Positions 38,729-48,068 of a stretch of DNA of 64,000 nt are shown here, piece after piece; the first letter of the stretch is position 1, and every line of letters starts with the position of its first letter. The DNA lies in the NCBI GenBank assembly GCA_964455675.1, contig CAYVYK010000002.1, positions 71,791-135,790 of the forward strand, written 5' to 3'. The position numbers and the translations under genes were made by a program. Below the pieces are notes generated by a model that was given only the letters and a program-made list of their open reading frames with translations, had not been told where the DNA came from and searched no databases. Source of the stretch: an uncultured Methanosarcinales archaeon (GTDB lineage Archaea > Nanobdellota > Nanobdellia > Woesearchaeales > CAYVYK01).

Positions 38729-39943
38729 TTATCGTCGTGGTCGCTTCACAGGGTATTCTCGTATTTCCGCGAGATTGAAAAAGTCTCGATGCTCATTGCT
38801 ATACATGGTGAGCATGCTTTCTCCTTCGCCCACTTCGTATGACGTGAGCTGGACGAGTATGATGCCATTTGGCTTGAGCATTCCTCGGTAAACGTCAATA
38901 TCATCAATACTCACGGTGGTTCCACAGGAAATTAAGTCATAAGGTCCTTGGTCCCTAACCTTTTGCTGAAGTGCCGCTGAAAGAAGGTCTCCTTGAACAA
39001 GCTTGCTTCGCGCCGAGAGTAATGGAACACCCGCTGCACGGAAGTCCTGGTTTGCAGTGGCAAGGTGCCTTTGTGCTGCTTGGATGTGGGTTGCACGAAT
39101 GTCGACACCAACAAGATGTGCATCTGGAAAGAGCGCCCCGTAGCATGCGAGTGTGTACCCTCCTCCCGTACCAAGATCAAGTATCTTTTCGGCTCCGTGG
39201 GGAAGCTCGGTGTACGCCGCAAGGAGGTATCCAAGGGTGGTGCTTGGCCGTTCGATGACGGTTTCGCCCATAAGGTGGTCAAGATCGATATAGGGATTCA
39301 CGCGGATGTCTGCTTTTTTTTTGTTCGCGGATTCAAATGTGATTTTTGCTCCTTCCTGCATCGAGAGCGTTGCATGTATTGTTCCATCATATTCGGCAAG
39401 TCCCCTCACGACAAGGAACGAAGGCAGTTGGAATAACCGCAGATCATCCTGTTCCGCAGGCCTCATCACATAGCTGAAGAACCACTGTTGAAAGTTTTCC
39501 CACGGTGCCATTGGCACAAAATTCTCCCGTTCCGCGAGTGTCATTGCACCAAGGGGATTACGTGATCCTGCGGTCACATCCCATGAAGGGGCTTCCCTAA
39601 GCCTTGCGATAAGGCTGTCATTCGCGGGATTGTTCTTGAGGAACAAGTGCATCGGTGGTCCTGACTGAATATGTTTGATTCCGCGCTGCATCTGCTCTGA
39701 GAGCTCCTGGGCTGTCACGGGGATGAGTGATGGATTGTCGGCATACATGGAGAGTCCAGGTGTTGATGCGTTAATGGCAAGCCCAACCACGGATTCAAAC
39801 TTGTGCCCTCCAGTTATCTTTTCCATGATCGCGTCGAGAAGAAAACTGGGTATGTTTCCAGGGCTTCCAAGGTCTAGGGGTATCATGATAGGTGAACCAC
39901 CGGGGCCAAATATTCCTTCGGGAAGTTCTGGAAGATCACTCAT
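38729..39943 (-). CDS. Protein-L-isoaspartate O-methyltransferase-like protein with long N-terminal extension
   Basis: RENFVP, PY.D...GETVIERPST, ILDLGTGGGY, GPYDLI, LKPNGIILV. Confidence 0.7.
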   Translation of the reverse strand: MSDLPELPEGIFGPGGSPIMIPLDLGSPGNIPSFLLDAIMEKITGGHKFESVVGLAINASTPGLSMYADNPSLIPVTAQELSEQMQRGIKHIQSGPPMHLFLKNNPANDSLIARLREAPSWDVTAGSRNPLGAMTLAERENFVPMAPWENFQQWFFSYVMRPAEQDDLRLFQLPSFLVVRGLAEYDGTIHATLSMQEGAKITFESANKKKADIRVNPYIDLDHLMGETVIERPSTTLGYLLAAYTELPHGAEKILDLGTGGGYTLACYGALFPDAHLVGVDIRATHIQAAQRHLATANQDFRAAGVPLLSARSKLVQGDLLSAALQQKVRDQGPYDLISCGTTVSIDDIDVYRGMLKPNGIILVQLTSYEVGEGESMLTMYSNEHRDFFNLAEIREYPVKRPRR

Positions 39944-42689
39944 GGGCATCCCTTCCGACAAGAGAGCCGTCCTGCAGATTCTGTGGACGCAAATGATATT
40001 CTGTTGCAACATGCTGTGTGAATCGATCCGGATTCACGATCTCGTCAGCGCAGACCTTTTGCGCGTTTGCTATCTCTTCCATGATCATGCTCGGTCGGAT
40101 TACGTAGATTGCGGTGCCGTTTGGTTTGTCCGCTGTGCGCAGAATGTTGACAACCCCTTGCCATGCGTCAGGCGATGTTCCGTTGAAGCGTAAATAATCC
40201 GATACCCTCGCGGATAGTGTTGCGTCCTGCATGACATTGTCAAGGACACGTTCGTAGCATCGCTGTGCAACAATGTCGACAACCGTTCCACTAACCCCCT
40301 GCCGATACTCGGAAAAGAGGTCTTCCCAGACTATTTGTTCATCCGTTGGTAGGCGTTCGGTGAGTTTCTTCTGAAGAACCTTGCCTGCCTCCCCGGCGCT
40401 TAGTGGCCTCACGGAAAGGACCTGGAAGTAGTCAGCTACGCGGTAGATACCATCATGGCCTCCGTTCATCACTTCAGTTCGTCGCCGTCGGTCACCTTCT
40501 GATTCACGGGCCCGTTTGGCCATCGAGCGGAGCATTTCCTCATGTCCTTCTGAAAGTTTTTCAATCCTTTGGCCTGCGGCTTTGATGAGCCCTTCATCAA
40601 CTCTTCGCGCTAGTTCCGTGAGGACGTGGTAATTGTCGTCTCCCGAAGCGATCAGGTGTTTTTCGTCGATGGGCTGGAAGAGTCGATCAGGATGATCGGT
40701 TGCTGCGATGACCCGTAGCATGGGGTAATCCTTGACTCGCTGCATGAAGTGGATGATTGCGCCAAGTGACCGCTTTCGATCATCTTCAGTGATCATGAGC
40801 GTTCCTGTGGATTCGCCCATCTGTTGTTCTTGCTGAGCGAAAAGGTAGGATTCTTCGAGTGGATTGTCCGCAAGGAGATTGTCAAGGAGCAGGTACACAG
40901 GTCTTTCTGACGCTTGAAGATGCTGTTCTGTGATGTTCAGAATGGTGTTCAGGAGATTGTCCATGACTGATCCATATTTCCAGAATGCAATGTCCTTGAA
41001 ATCCACGTAGAATGAATGTGATGAGGACCCGGCGGCTTCAAGGAGCGTTGTTTTTCCGCTGCCCCGTGGCGCGAGAATAACGAGCGGTTTTGTTTGCGGT
41101 CTTTTGGGGAAATAGCTTGCCCACATGACTGCGTGTGGTTCTGCATTCCTTCGGACCATGATCTCTGCAACTGCATTTGACATGCCGCTCGCGAGGATTT
41201 CTTCTTCGAGCGTCTTTGCCTCGTTATCGCTCGTGGCAAGATATGCCCCGGAGATGATGTTTCCTTGTACTCGGAGATGGATATCCTCATCCTCCCCTTC
41301 CTGCGCTGCCCTGCTACCGCTCGCAAGTTCTGCGATTTTATCCTTGTGGTCAAGGATTGTATCAATGATTTCTCCAGCGCGTAATACGCGTTCGTCAAAG
41401 GAGTCGTATTTTTGTAATTCAGCAAGCGATGAAATCACGTAAGCGACCGCTTCATTTTGTAGCGCGGCGAGCTTATGCTCCTTCTCAGATAGACCTTTCT
41501 TGCGTTCATCATAGGGTATGATTGATTTGAGATCGATGAGGTTAAGTTCCCGTGCGATGTCCCCTGGCCTTCTTTCGGATTCGAGTTCGTGCGGTAGCGC
41601 TTTCCCTTGAATGCCATATGCTTCCTTTAACATTTTGCGGAGATTATCCTCGATGTGTGCCACAAAATCCGCCGCGATCCGATAGTTTCGTGATGCTTCT
41701 TCCTGTGCCGCGCGATATTCGTCAATGAAGTGGAAGTATTCGGGATCCGTGAGCTGCGCGATCATCCGCTGAAGTTCCAATTTTTCAAATGTCGGTAGCC
41801 TTGGTCTGTCTGTCTGCGCTGTTTTTTTCACGTGTGGTATCTTGCCAAGGACATTGATCGCATAGACCGTCAGGAGCGGATTGTCTTGATGGACATCCCA
41901 GTAGAATCGCAGGCGTCCGCCGTTGTGGCGCATGCCCTCATCAGCGAGAGATGTTGGCGTCATGAAATATGACTCGACTTGATGGTAGAGATGCTTAGAT
42001 CCATCGATGATATCGGTGGCAAGATCGCCAACACTCATACAGTGCGCCAGTCCTTCCTCAAGCCTGTGGAGGTACTGATTGATTGCCGGAGCGAATTCTG
42101 TCATTGTGAGGAATTTCCCAAGGTCCTGAAGCATGTCCCAAAGTCCAACTCCGGTCTGTTTGCAGATCTCTTCGACAGTGAGCGGCCGCTCGCCCCTACC
42201 CATGCTGATGTGCGTATGTTTTCCCCCGATTTTGTCAAGGAAAGTGTGATAGTCCCAGGGGATGGATACTCGAGCCTTTGGCGCGCCTAGGTCCTCAACA
42301 ACGCTCGCGAGTTTCTCAAGATAGTCCGCAGGTAGCCCCGCAGATAACTCAAGAATTTCGGTGAGTGGAACGGGAACGTCTTCATCCTCGAGAACAGGCC
42401 TGTATCCCCTGTTGTGGAATCGTGTGAGCTCCTCAAGTCCTCGTTGCTTCATTCGAATTGCTCGTGCGCGATCTTGCATGTCACGGGATGTGTCTCCAAG
42501 CCCTCGTGAGAGCCGGAAAAAACGCTCGATATAATCAACATCGACCATTTGTGGCTGCCGATCCATCATGGTTCTTAGGTGTGAAAAGAAGTTAGAGAGA
42601 TCCATGCCTGGCGGTGTAGGTATCCCCTCCCGTTCTGGGGGCGGAGTTGCCTTGTCTTTTGGACCAAATGAATCTGCGAATTTTGCCAT
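39936..42689 (-). CDS. Large P-loop (AAA+-like) protein
   Basis: APRGSGKTT Walker A, LLLDN degenerate Walker B, VIAATDHPD sensor-1-like motif; long helical N-terminus. Confidence 0.65.
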   Translation of the reverse strand: MAKFADSFGPKDKATPPPEREGIPTPPGMDLSNFFSHLRTMMDRQPQMVDVDYIERFFRLSRGLGDTSRDMQDRARAIRMKQRGLEELTRFHNRGYRPVLEDEDVPVPLTEILELSAGLPADYLEKLASVVEDLGAPKARVSIPWDYHTFLDKIGGKHTHISMGRGERPLTVEEICKQTGVGLWDMLQDLGKFLTMTEFAPAINQYLHRLEEGLAHCMSVGDLATDIIDGSKHLYHQVESYFMTPTSLADEGMRHNGGRLRFYWDVHQDNPLLTVYAINVLGKIPHVKKTAQTDRPRLPTFEKLELQRMIAQLTDPEYFHFIDEYRAAQEEASRNYRIAADFVAHIEDNLRKMLKEAYGIQGKALPHELESERRPGDIARELNLIDLKSIIPYDERKKGLSEKEHKLAALQNEAVAYVISSLAELQKYDSFDERVLRAGEIIDTILDHKDKIAELASGSRAAQEGEDEDIHLRVQGNIISGAYLATSDNEAKTLEEEILASGMSNAVAEIMVRRNAEPHAVMWASYFPKRPQTKPLVILAPRGSGKTTLLEAAGSSSHSFYVDFKDIAFWKYGSVMDNLLNTILNITEQHLQASERPVYLLLDNLLADNPLEESYLFAQQEQQMGESTGTLMITEDDRKRSLGAIIHFMQRVKDYPMLRVIAATDHPDRLFQPIDEKHLIASGDDNYHVLTELARRVDEGLIKAAGQRIEKLSEGHEEMLRSMAKRARESEGDRRRRTEVMNGGHDGIYRVADYFQVLSVRPLSAGEAGKVLQKKLTERLPTDEQIVWEDLFSEYRQGVSGTVVDIVAQRCYERVLDNVMQDATLSARVSDYLRFNGTSPDAWQGVVNILRTADKPNGTAIYVIRPSMIMEEIANAQKVCADEIVNPDRFTQHVATEYHLRPQNLQDGSLVGRDAHE

Positions 42690-42857
42690 TCCTTCACCTA
42701 GCATAGTATTGATGGTATGCCCGAAGATGTGGTAATACGCATCTATTTTTAAGCCTTGTTCCGTTGGTCACTACCCTCGGATGAAAAAGAACTCCCGTCG
42801 TCCCAAGGGATAGAGTTGACCTTATGGTTTAAATACTGGTAGTATTTTTTGGAGGCC

Positions 42858-43235
42858 ATGGATCCCGTCCAGCACTTTGAGATTCCTGCGGAAGACATGG
42901 ACCGTGCAAGGAAGTTCTACATCGAACTGTTTGGTTGGGAATTCCGTGATATGGAGGGTGTTGAGTACAGCATGATCATCACTTCTCCCTCGGATGAGCA
43001 GGCGCTTCCCTTGCGTGGAGGCAATGTGAACGGCGGCCTTTTCAAGCGTACGGCACGCGGCCAAACACCCCTGATTGTTATCACTGTTCCAAGTCTTGCG
43101 GAGTATCTTGACAGAGTTATTCTCGCAGGCGGGCGTATTGTCATGGAATCCCAGCGCATGGGTGATTTTGGCCTCTTCGCAAAGATTGAGGATTCCGAGG
43201 GTAATATCATTGGGTTATGGCAGGATCTTTCCTAA
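42858..43235 (+). CDS. VOC/glyoxalase family protein
   Basis: VQHFEIPAED..RA.KFY..LFGW, DSEGNIIGLWQ. Confidence 0.9.
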   Translation: MDPVQHFEIPAEDMDRARKFYIELFGWEFRDMEGVEYSMIITSPSDEQALPLRGGNVNGGLFKRTARGQTPLIVITVPSLAEYLDRVILAGGRIVMESQRMGDFGLFAKIEDSEGNIIGLWQDLS

Positions 43236-44982
43236 GGTCAGCCAATTCTCGCTGGATGTTTTCCCTAGCTGATTGTTCATACTTTGACCTATAATGTTCC
43301 GTGCAGTAGATGTGAGGCCTTGCGAGCATTCCCTCGAGAAATCGTATTCTTCCTTCGCAATACCGCATAGGTGGATACATGGAGTATTCTTCTCGTATGT
43401 TTTGCCGGTATGTATCGTATGATGGTGATCCGAGAATGGAGAGATCAATATCATGCATGAGCTCGAGGTCCTGCTCGCCGCTCGGTACATTCCGGTGGTC
43501 GGTGGCAAGGATGTATCTCTCGATTTTGTGCTTGAAGTCCTCTGGAAGATTCATCATGTCTGCCACGGCTCCTGCGATGTACGCGCTGCGTTCTTCGCTT
43601 CCTTCGCCAGCGTCGTGGAATCTGAGCGCGAATTCGAGCGCGTGGTAGTCGTGCGCTAGATGCCTCACGGTGCGTAGCTCCTCTAGCGTTTGGTCGATAT
43701 GATCAAGGTTGTGGTACGCCCTCTTGCCGTATCCAGCGAGCCATGCGTCGTATCCACTCGTCGTATTGGCACCTGCGTTGATCGCATGGCACATATCCTG
43801 CCAGTGCATGTAGTCGCATGTTTGCCGCCCGGCGCCGATGGACTCAACGATTGATGAGAATACGTCAGCGTATGTGTCCATGTTCGCTCCGTCGGGATTT
43901 TCAATGCTCCACATTCTTCCATGGCTGTATCGCTGTATTTGTGCGGCGATGTGTCTCGCTTTTTCAGCCGTAGTATATTGCGAGTTGAGCCGTCGTTCTA
44001 TCTGCCCCTCGGTCAGTTGCCTTCCGCGAAGCCTGCGTTCTTGGCTTGCACCATCCGCACTGACGATTGCCACATTGTTGTTGCAAAGGTATGCCATCTC
44101 GGATTCCGCGATGAGTGCTGCATTGATGAGGATGATGCCTTGTTTCCCTGCAAGTTCATCCTGCAGTCGCGCGAGCAGGGGCTTTCTCATGATTTCATTC
44201 AGTCGCTCGAGTTTCGCGTAGTCGGAAAACACTATTTCTCCAAGGATATGCCGGTCGATGGACCCATCATCTCGCATTAGTTCTTTTCCGAATTCTTCTG
44301 CGATTTTCGCGCGGGCTGCCTTGTAGCAGGGTTCTTGGAGATTGCCGAGAATTTCGTGGCCGAGGTAGTCGAGTTCAATGTTGTGGACGGTGATTCCGCG
44401 CGCCTTGCCGTACTCAACAAATCGCTTCGCAACGTAAGATTTTCCGGCGCCAGGCTCTCCTGTGATGCCGACGATGTACTGCCCCATGAGTTTTGCTTCA
44501 AGGCACTGCTTGACATTCATGGGGACGTATTCGAGAATCTTTCCCGATAGCTTGCGTAGTTCCTTTATTGCTCTCGAGCTGATATGCAGTGTGCTCTCTT
44601 TCGATGGCAGGAGGAACGTGTCGATTCCCCAATCCTGGCTTTCGCCGATGCTGTGGAGGGTAAGTTCATAGCGGAAGTCTTCAGCGTCACGAACGCCTTT
44701 CACGATTGTGGGGATTCCATTCTTGTATGCGTAATTAACAAGTAGTCCTGAGAACTCTTTGACACGAACGTTTGGAAGATGCCGTAGTGATCGTGCGGCC
44801 ATTTCCACCCGCTCATCAAGCGTAAAGAGGGGTTTTTTATCGGCGTTTACGCCGATGCCTACGGTTACTTCGTCAAAGACACGCGCTGCTCTCGTGATGA
44901 TGTCGATGTGCCCGTAGTGGATCGGATCTCCCGAACATGCAAACATGGCCTTCGTTGGCTCCTTTGTGGTTGCTCGTATCAT
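43207..44982 (-). CDS. coaD: Phosphopantetheine adenylyltransferase - dephospho-CoA kinase - HD-domain fusion
   Basis: SGDPIHYGHIDII...KGVR...DF.YE...ISS (CoaD); IVGITGEPGAGKS...DGSIDRHILGEIVF...RRLNSQ (CoaE); YHNLDHI...FHDA...DIDLSILG...IREEY (HD). Confidence 0.88.
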   Translation of the reverse strand: MIRATTKEPTKAMFACSGDPIHYGHIDIITRAARVFDEVTVGIGVNADKKPLFTLDERVEMAARSLRHLPNVRVKEFSGLLVNYAYKNGIPTIVKGVRDAEDFRYELTLHSIGESQDWGIDTFLLPSKESTLHISSRAIKELRKLSGKILEYVPMNVKQCLEAKLMGQYIVGITGEPGAGKSYVAKRFVEYGKARGITVHNIELDYLGHEILGNLQEPCYKAARAKIAEEFGKELMRDDGSIDRHILGEIVFSDYAKLERLNEIMRKPLLARLQDELAGKQGIILINAALIAESEMAYLCNNNVAIVSADGASQERRLRGRQLTEGQIERRLNSQYTTAEKARHIAAQIQRYSHGRMWSIENPDGANMDTYADVFSSIVESIGAGRQTCDYMHWQDMCHAINAGANTTSGYDAWLAGYGKRAYHNLDHIDQTLEELRTVRHLAHDYHALEFALRFHDAGEGSEERSAYIAGAVADMMNLPEDFKHKIERYILATDHRNVPSGEQDLELMHDIDLSILGSPSYDTYRQNIREEYSMYPPMRYCEGRIRFLEGMLARPHIYCTEHYRSKYEQSARENIQRELADLRKDPAITQ

Positions 44983-45043
44983 GGTTTCACAGAGATGTTG
45001 TGCACTCCTGATTATATAAAATCCTTGAGTGAATTTTTTACAT

Positions 45044-45053
45044 TTACCGGTAA
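45044..45053. promoter_or_regulatory. Palindrome TTACCGGTAA between divergent TATA-like boxes
   Basis: Perfect 10-bp palindrome just upstream of TTTTATATA and the Lrp gene. Confidence 0.3.
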
Positions 45054-45084
45054 TTTTATATAGAAATTCCAATTATTGCTAAAT

Positions 45085-46035
45085 ATGGACCTTATTGATA
45101 AGAGGTTATTGTGCGAGCTTGACATGGACTGCAGAACGACGACTGTGATGCTTGCAAGAAAACTTCGCGTGGGCCGTAACGTCATAGCTTATCGCATGAA
45201 AAGACTGGAAAGAGAGGGGGCGATCAGAGGTTACATTTGCACGATTAATCTTGGTCTTCTCGGGTATAGAACGTTCAAGATCTTCTTCAAATTGAATGGA
45301 TCTTCGCATGAAGAGTTCGAAAAGGACCTGGTCGCAAATAAGAGTGTCATTCATGTTTTGAAGACTGAGGGCGCATTTGACTATTCTATTTCTATTGCGG
45401 TGCGTTCTGTCCTTTCGCTCGATGAGTTCATCATGGGTCTGAAGAATAAATATCGTGATCTAATCCGTGACTACCATGTGAGTATTATAGTCTATTCCCA
45501 GATTTTCAAGCTCAATAAGCAGTTGCTCAACCAAAAGAGCCTTGTTCCAAAGCGCGAGAAATACTCAGGGGAAGCAGAGCCGCAAAATATCGACGAGAAG
45601 GACAAGAAGATTCTCCGGGAACTTGCGCAAGCTGCGAGACTTCCGGTTGTTGATATCGCGAAAAATGCAGGCCTGAGTGTTGATACCGTCATGTACCGAC
45701 TGAAAACGCTCGAGAGGAAATTTATCAATTCAAACCGCGTCCTTTTGAATCTAAACAAGCTTGGATTCTATCATTATGTGATTATGCTCCGCATCAAGCA
45801 AGCGACAAAGGAGGATGAGTCTCGTCTCGTGAATTGGTGCGCAAACACTCGCCAAGTGATGTATTGCTCAAAACGCATTGGATACTTTGATTTTGAGGTC
45901 AATGCAGGGATTAAGGATATTGGGGAGCTTACGGATTTTCTCAAAGAGCTCCGGGCAAAGTTCCAGACGGTGATTGATTCCTATGAGATCGTGCTGAATA
46001 GCGAGTTGTTGAAGCTCAACTATATCCCCTTCTAG
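45085..46035 (+). CDS. Tandem-domain Lrp/AsnC transcriptional regulator
   Basis: Two copies of D..D.(R/K)(L/I)L.EL...R HTH plus RAM domain. Confidence 0.88.
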   Translation: MDLIDKRLLCELDMDCRTTTVMLARKLRVGRNVIAYRMKRLEREGAIRGYICTINLGLLGYRTFKIFFKLNGSSHEEFEKDLVANKSVIHVLKTEGAFDYSISIAVRSVLSLDEFIMGLKNKYRDLIRDYHVSIIVYSQIFKLNKQLLNQKSLVPKREKYSGEAEPQNIDEKDKKILRELAQAARLPVVDIAKNAGLSVDTVMYRLKTLERKFINSNRVLLNLNKLGFYHYVIMLRIKQATKEDESRLVNWCANTRQVMYCSKRIGYFDFEVNAGIKDIGELTDFLKELRAKFQTVIDSYEIVLNSELLKLNYIPF

Positions 46036-46107
46036 GTTGAAGAGTGGTTCTGGATCGAGTAGAGATCTTTCGCAACCTTTATGTAGGTAAGTGTATATAC
46101 AACCCTT

Positions 46108-46482
46108 ATGACCATAGTATCAGGTATATACTTTCGCGGTGTGGGCAGGGCATCAAGATTCATACGCCTGTACACAAGTCGTATCAGTAAAGCAACAGGT
46201 ATGACACCTGCTCCTGGAACGTTTAACCTTCGCGCCGATCCCAAATTGGTTACGGATGCGCTGGCGGGATTGCAACCTATCATCATTGATGAATTTTTGC
46301 TCGACGGAAAAACGTACGGCAAGATTCAACTTTTCCCCGCCCGTATTCGAAGCGTGCAGTGCTATCTCGTCCGGCCTGAGCGTACAAAGTATGACCCATC
46401 GGTCCTAGAGATCATCGCCCCCGTTCCCTTGCGTGAGAAGTTTGATGTACGGGATGGCAACAGTATAAATGTGGAATTCTAG
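46108..46482 (+). CDS. ribK: CTP-dependent riboflavin kinase
   Basis: GVGRASRFI, PGTFNL, RPERT, LEIIAPVPLR..F...DG. Confidence 0.88.
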   Translation: MTIVSGIYFRGVGRASRFIRLYTSRISKATGMTPAPGTFNLRADPKLVTDALAGLQPIIIDEFLLDGKTYGKIQLFPARIRSVQCYLVRPERTKYDPSVLEIIAPVPLREKFDVRDGNSINVEF

Positions 46483-46573
46483 AGTCATGCCAGGAGCAAT
46501 AAAAGTTCTGTCCCCGTCCAAGTACCAATACATTTAAGTATTTCATCGTGTGAATCTGCATGGGGTGGATCGC

Positions 46574-47098
46574 ATGGCAAAGATTGGAATTGCTGATACG
46601 ATGTTTTCGCGCGTTGATATGTTCTCGTTTGCACAGAAGGTTATTGAGGACCTTGGGGAAGGCGTAGAGATTGAGCGCTACACTGTTCCAGGCATCAAGG
46701 ATCTTCCTGTTGCATCAAAATTGTTGATAGAGCAGTACAAGTGTGACATCGTTCTTGCGCTCGGCATGGTCGGCAGGGCGACTGTGGATGAAACGTGCGC
46801 GCATGAAGCGTCTTCAGGTATTATTCAAGCACAGCTCATGACAAACAAGCATATCCTCGGAGTTTTCGTGCATATGCAGGAGGCGAAAGATGAGCAGGAC
46901 CTTCTCGTGCTTGCCAAAAACCGGACTGTTGAGCATACCAAGAACGCGCTAGCGCTTCTTGGGGGTAAAGAGGTTCTTTCATCAAGAAGTGGGCAGGGCG
47001 TGCGACAGGGCCGCGAGGATGAAGGCCCAGTGAAGGTACGGGGTGATGAAACATGGTCAAAATTGCGGTCATTGTCGGGGAGTTCCATAAGGAAATAG
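46574..47098 (+). CDS. ribC: Archaeal riboflavin synthase
   Basis: IGIADTMFSRVDM, RYTVPGIKDLPVA, QLMTNKHI, GVRQGRED.GP. Confidence 0.92.
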   Translation: MAKIGIADTMFSRVDMFSFAQKVIEDLGEGVEIERYTVPGIKDLPVASKLLIEQYKCDIVLALGMVGRATVDETCAHEASSGIIQAQLMTNKHILGVFVHMQEAKDEQDLLVLAKNRTVEHTKNALALLGGKEVLSSRSGQGVRQGREDEGPVKVRGDETWSKLRSLSGSSIRK

Positions 47099-47478
47099 CG
47101 GAAGGTCTCATCGCAAGCGCAAAAAAGGCGGCTCAAGAGTGCAAGATAACAATCGCACAAGTGTTTTGGGTGAGTGGCAGCTATGAAGTTCCTTTGATTC
47201 TCAAGAAGGTTCTGGAGTGCGGAAAATATGATGGAGTCGTCATATTAGGTTACATTGAGAAGGGCGATACATTGCATGGCGAGGAGATGGGCTCAACAGT
47301 ATCCCTACTTATCAAGCAGATGGAGCTCATGTACGGCATACCGATTGGTATGGGAATCATAGGTCCTGGCGCAACGGCAGAGCAGGCAAAGAAGCGAATC
47401 CATTACGGTGGGCGTGCCGTTGTTGCTGTCGACAAATCCCTCAAGTTGCTCAAGAGTTTTAAGGATAGACTCATATGA
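47053..47478 (+). CDS. ribH: 6,7-dimethyl-8-ribityllumazine synthase
   Basis: IAVIVGEFH, VSGSYEVP, GDTLH, GIIGPG.T..QA..R. Confidence 0.9.
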   Translation: MVKIAVIVGEFHKEIAEGLIASAKKAAQECKITIAQVFWVSGSYEVPLILKKVLECGKYDGVVILGYIEKGDTLHGEEMGSTVSLLIKQMELMYGIPIGMGIIGPGATAEQAKKRIHYGGRAVVAVDKSLKLLKSFKDRLI

Positions 47479-47969
47479 AAGCAGGAACAGTTCTTCTCCG
47501 GCCGCTGCGTGCAGTGGATGCCAAGGGATATTGGGCATGCCATCAGGATAAGGAAGCGAAAAGGAATTTTAAGAGAGTTCCTTCTTCCATAAAGGAAGCT
47601 GAGAAGGAGATTCTGGAGGACAGAAGGTACACGAAGAGATTTGCAGTAATGCAGAACGGCCAATTTGTTGGGTTTGTTAACTTGCGGACAAACAATGATC
47701 CGATGTATAAGCATTCTGCGATTATTGGTTTTGGAATTCTCAAGAGATTTCGAGGCCAAGGTTTGGCGTCCCGTGCAGTAAAGGAGGTTGTTACCTTCGG
47801 ATTCAAGCGATTAAGGCTTCACAGGATTTCTGGGACATGTAGATCTTTTAATAAGGCATCCGCTCGTGTCATGGAAAACGCAGGATTGAAGCACGAGGGA
47901 ACGCTTCGCAAGAATAAGTTCATGCGCGGCAGGTTTTTCGACGACGAAGTCTTCGCGCTCGTTCGATGA
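47475..47969 (+). CDS. GNAT N-acetyltransferase (RimJ/RimL family)
   Basis: FRGQGLA, NKASARVMENAG..HEG.LR. Confidence 0.88.
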   Translation: MKAGTVLLRPLRAVDAKGYWACHQDKEAKRNFKRVPSSIKEAEKEILEDRRYTKRFAVMQNGQFVGFVNLRTNNDPMYKHSAIIGFGILKRFRGQGLASRAVKEVVTFGFKRLRLHRISGTCRSFNKASARVMENAGLKHEGTLRKNKFMRGRFFDDEVFALVR

Positions 47970-48068
47970 TCAATTGAAAGGATGCGTTCATCTGTAGAGC
48001 TTTATTTCTACTCAAGAATAGTAATGTTTATATCCCTCCTAATAAAGCCAGTGCCACGGGGGGATACG

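Noticed and set aside
47053..47098. 46-nt ribC/ribH overlap as a programmed frameshift
   Set aside because: ribH has its own SD (GGGGTGA) and ATG; a simple C-terminal run-on of ribC is enough to explain it.
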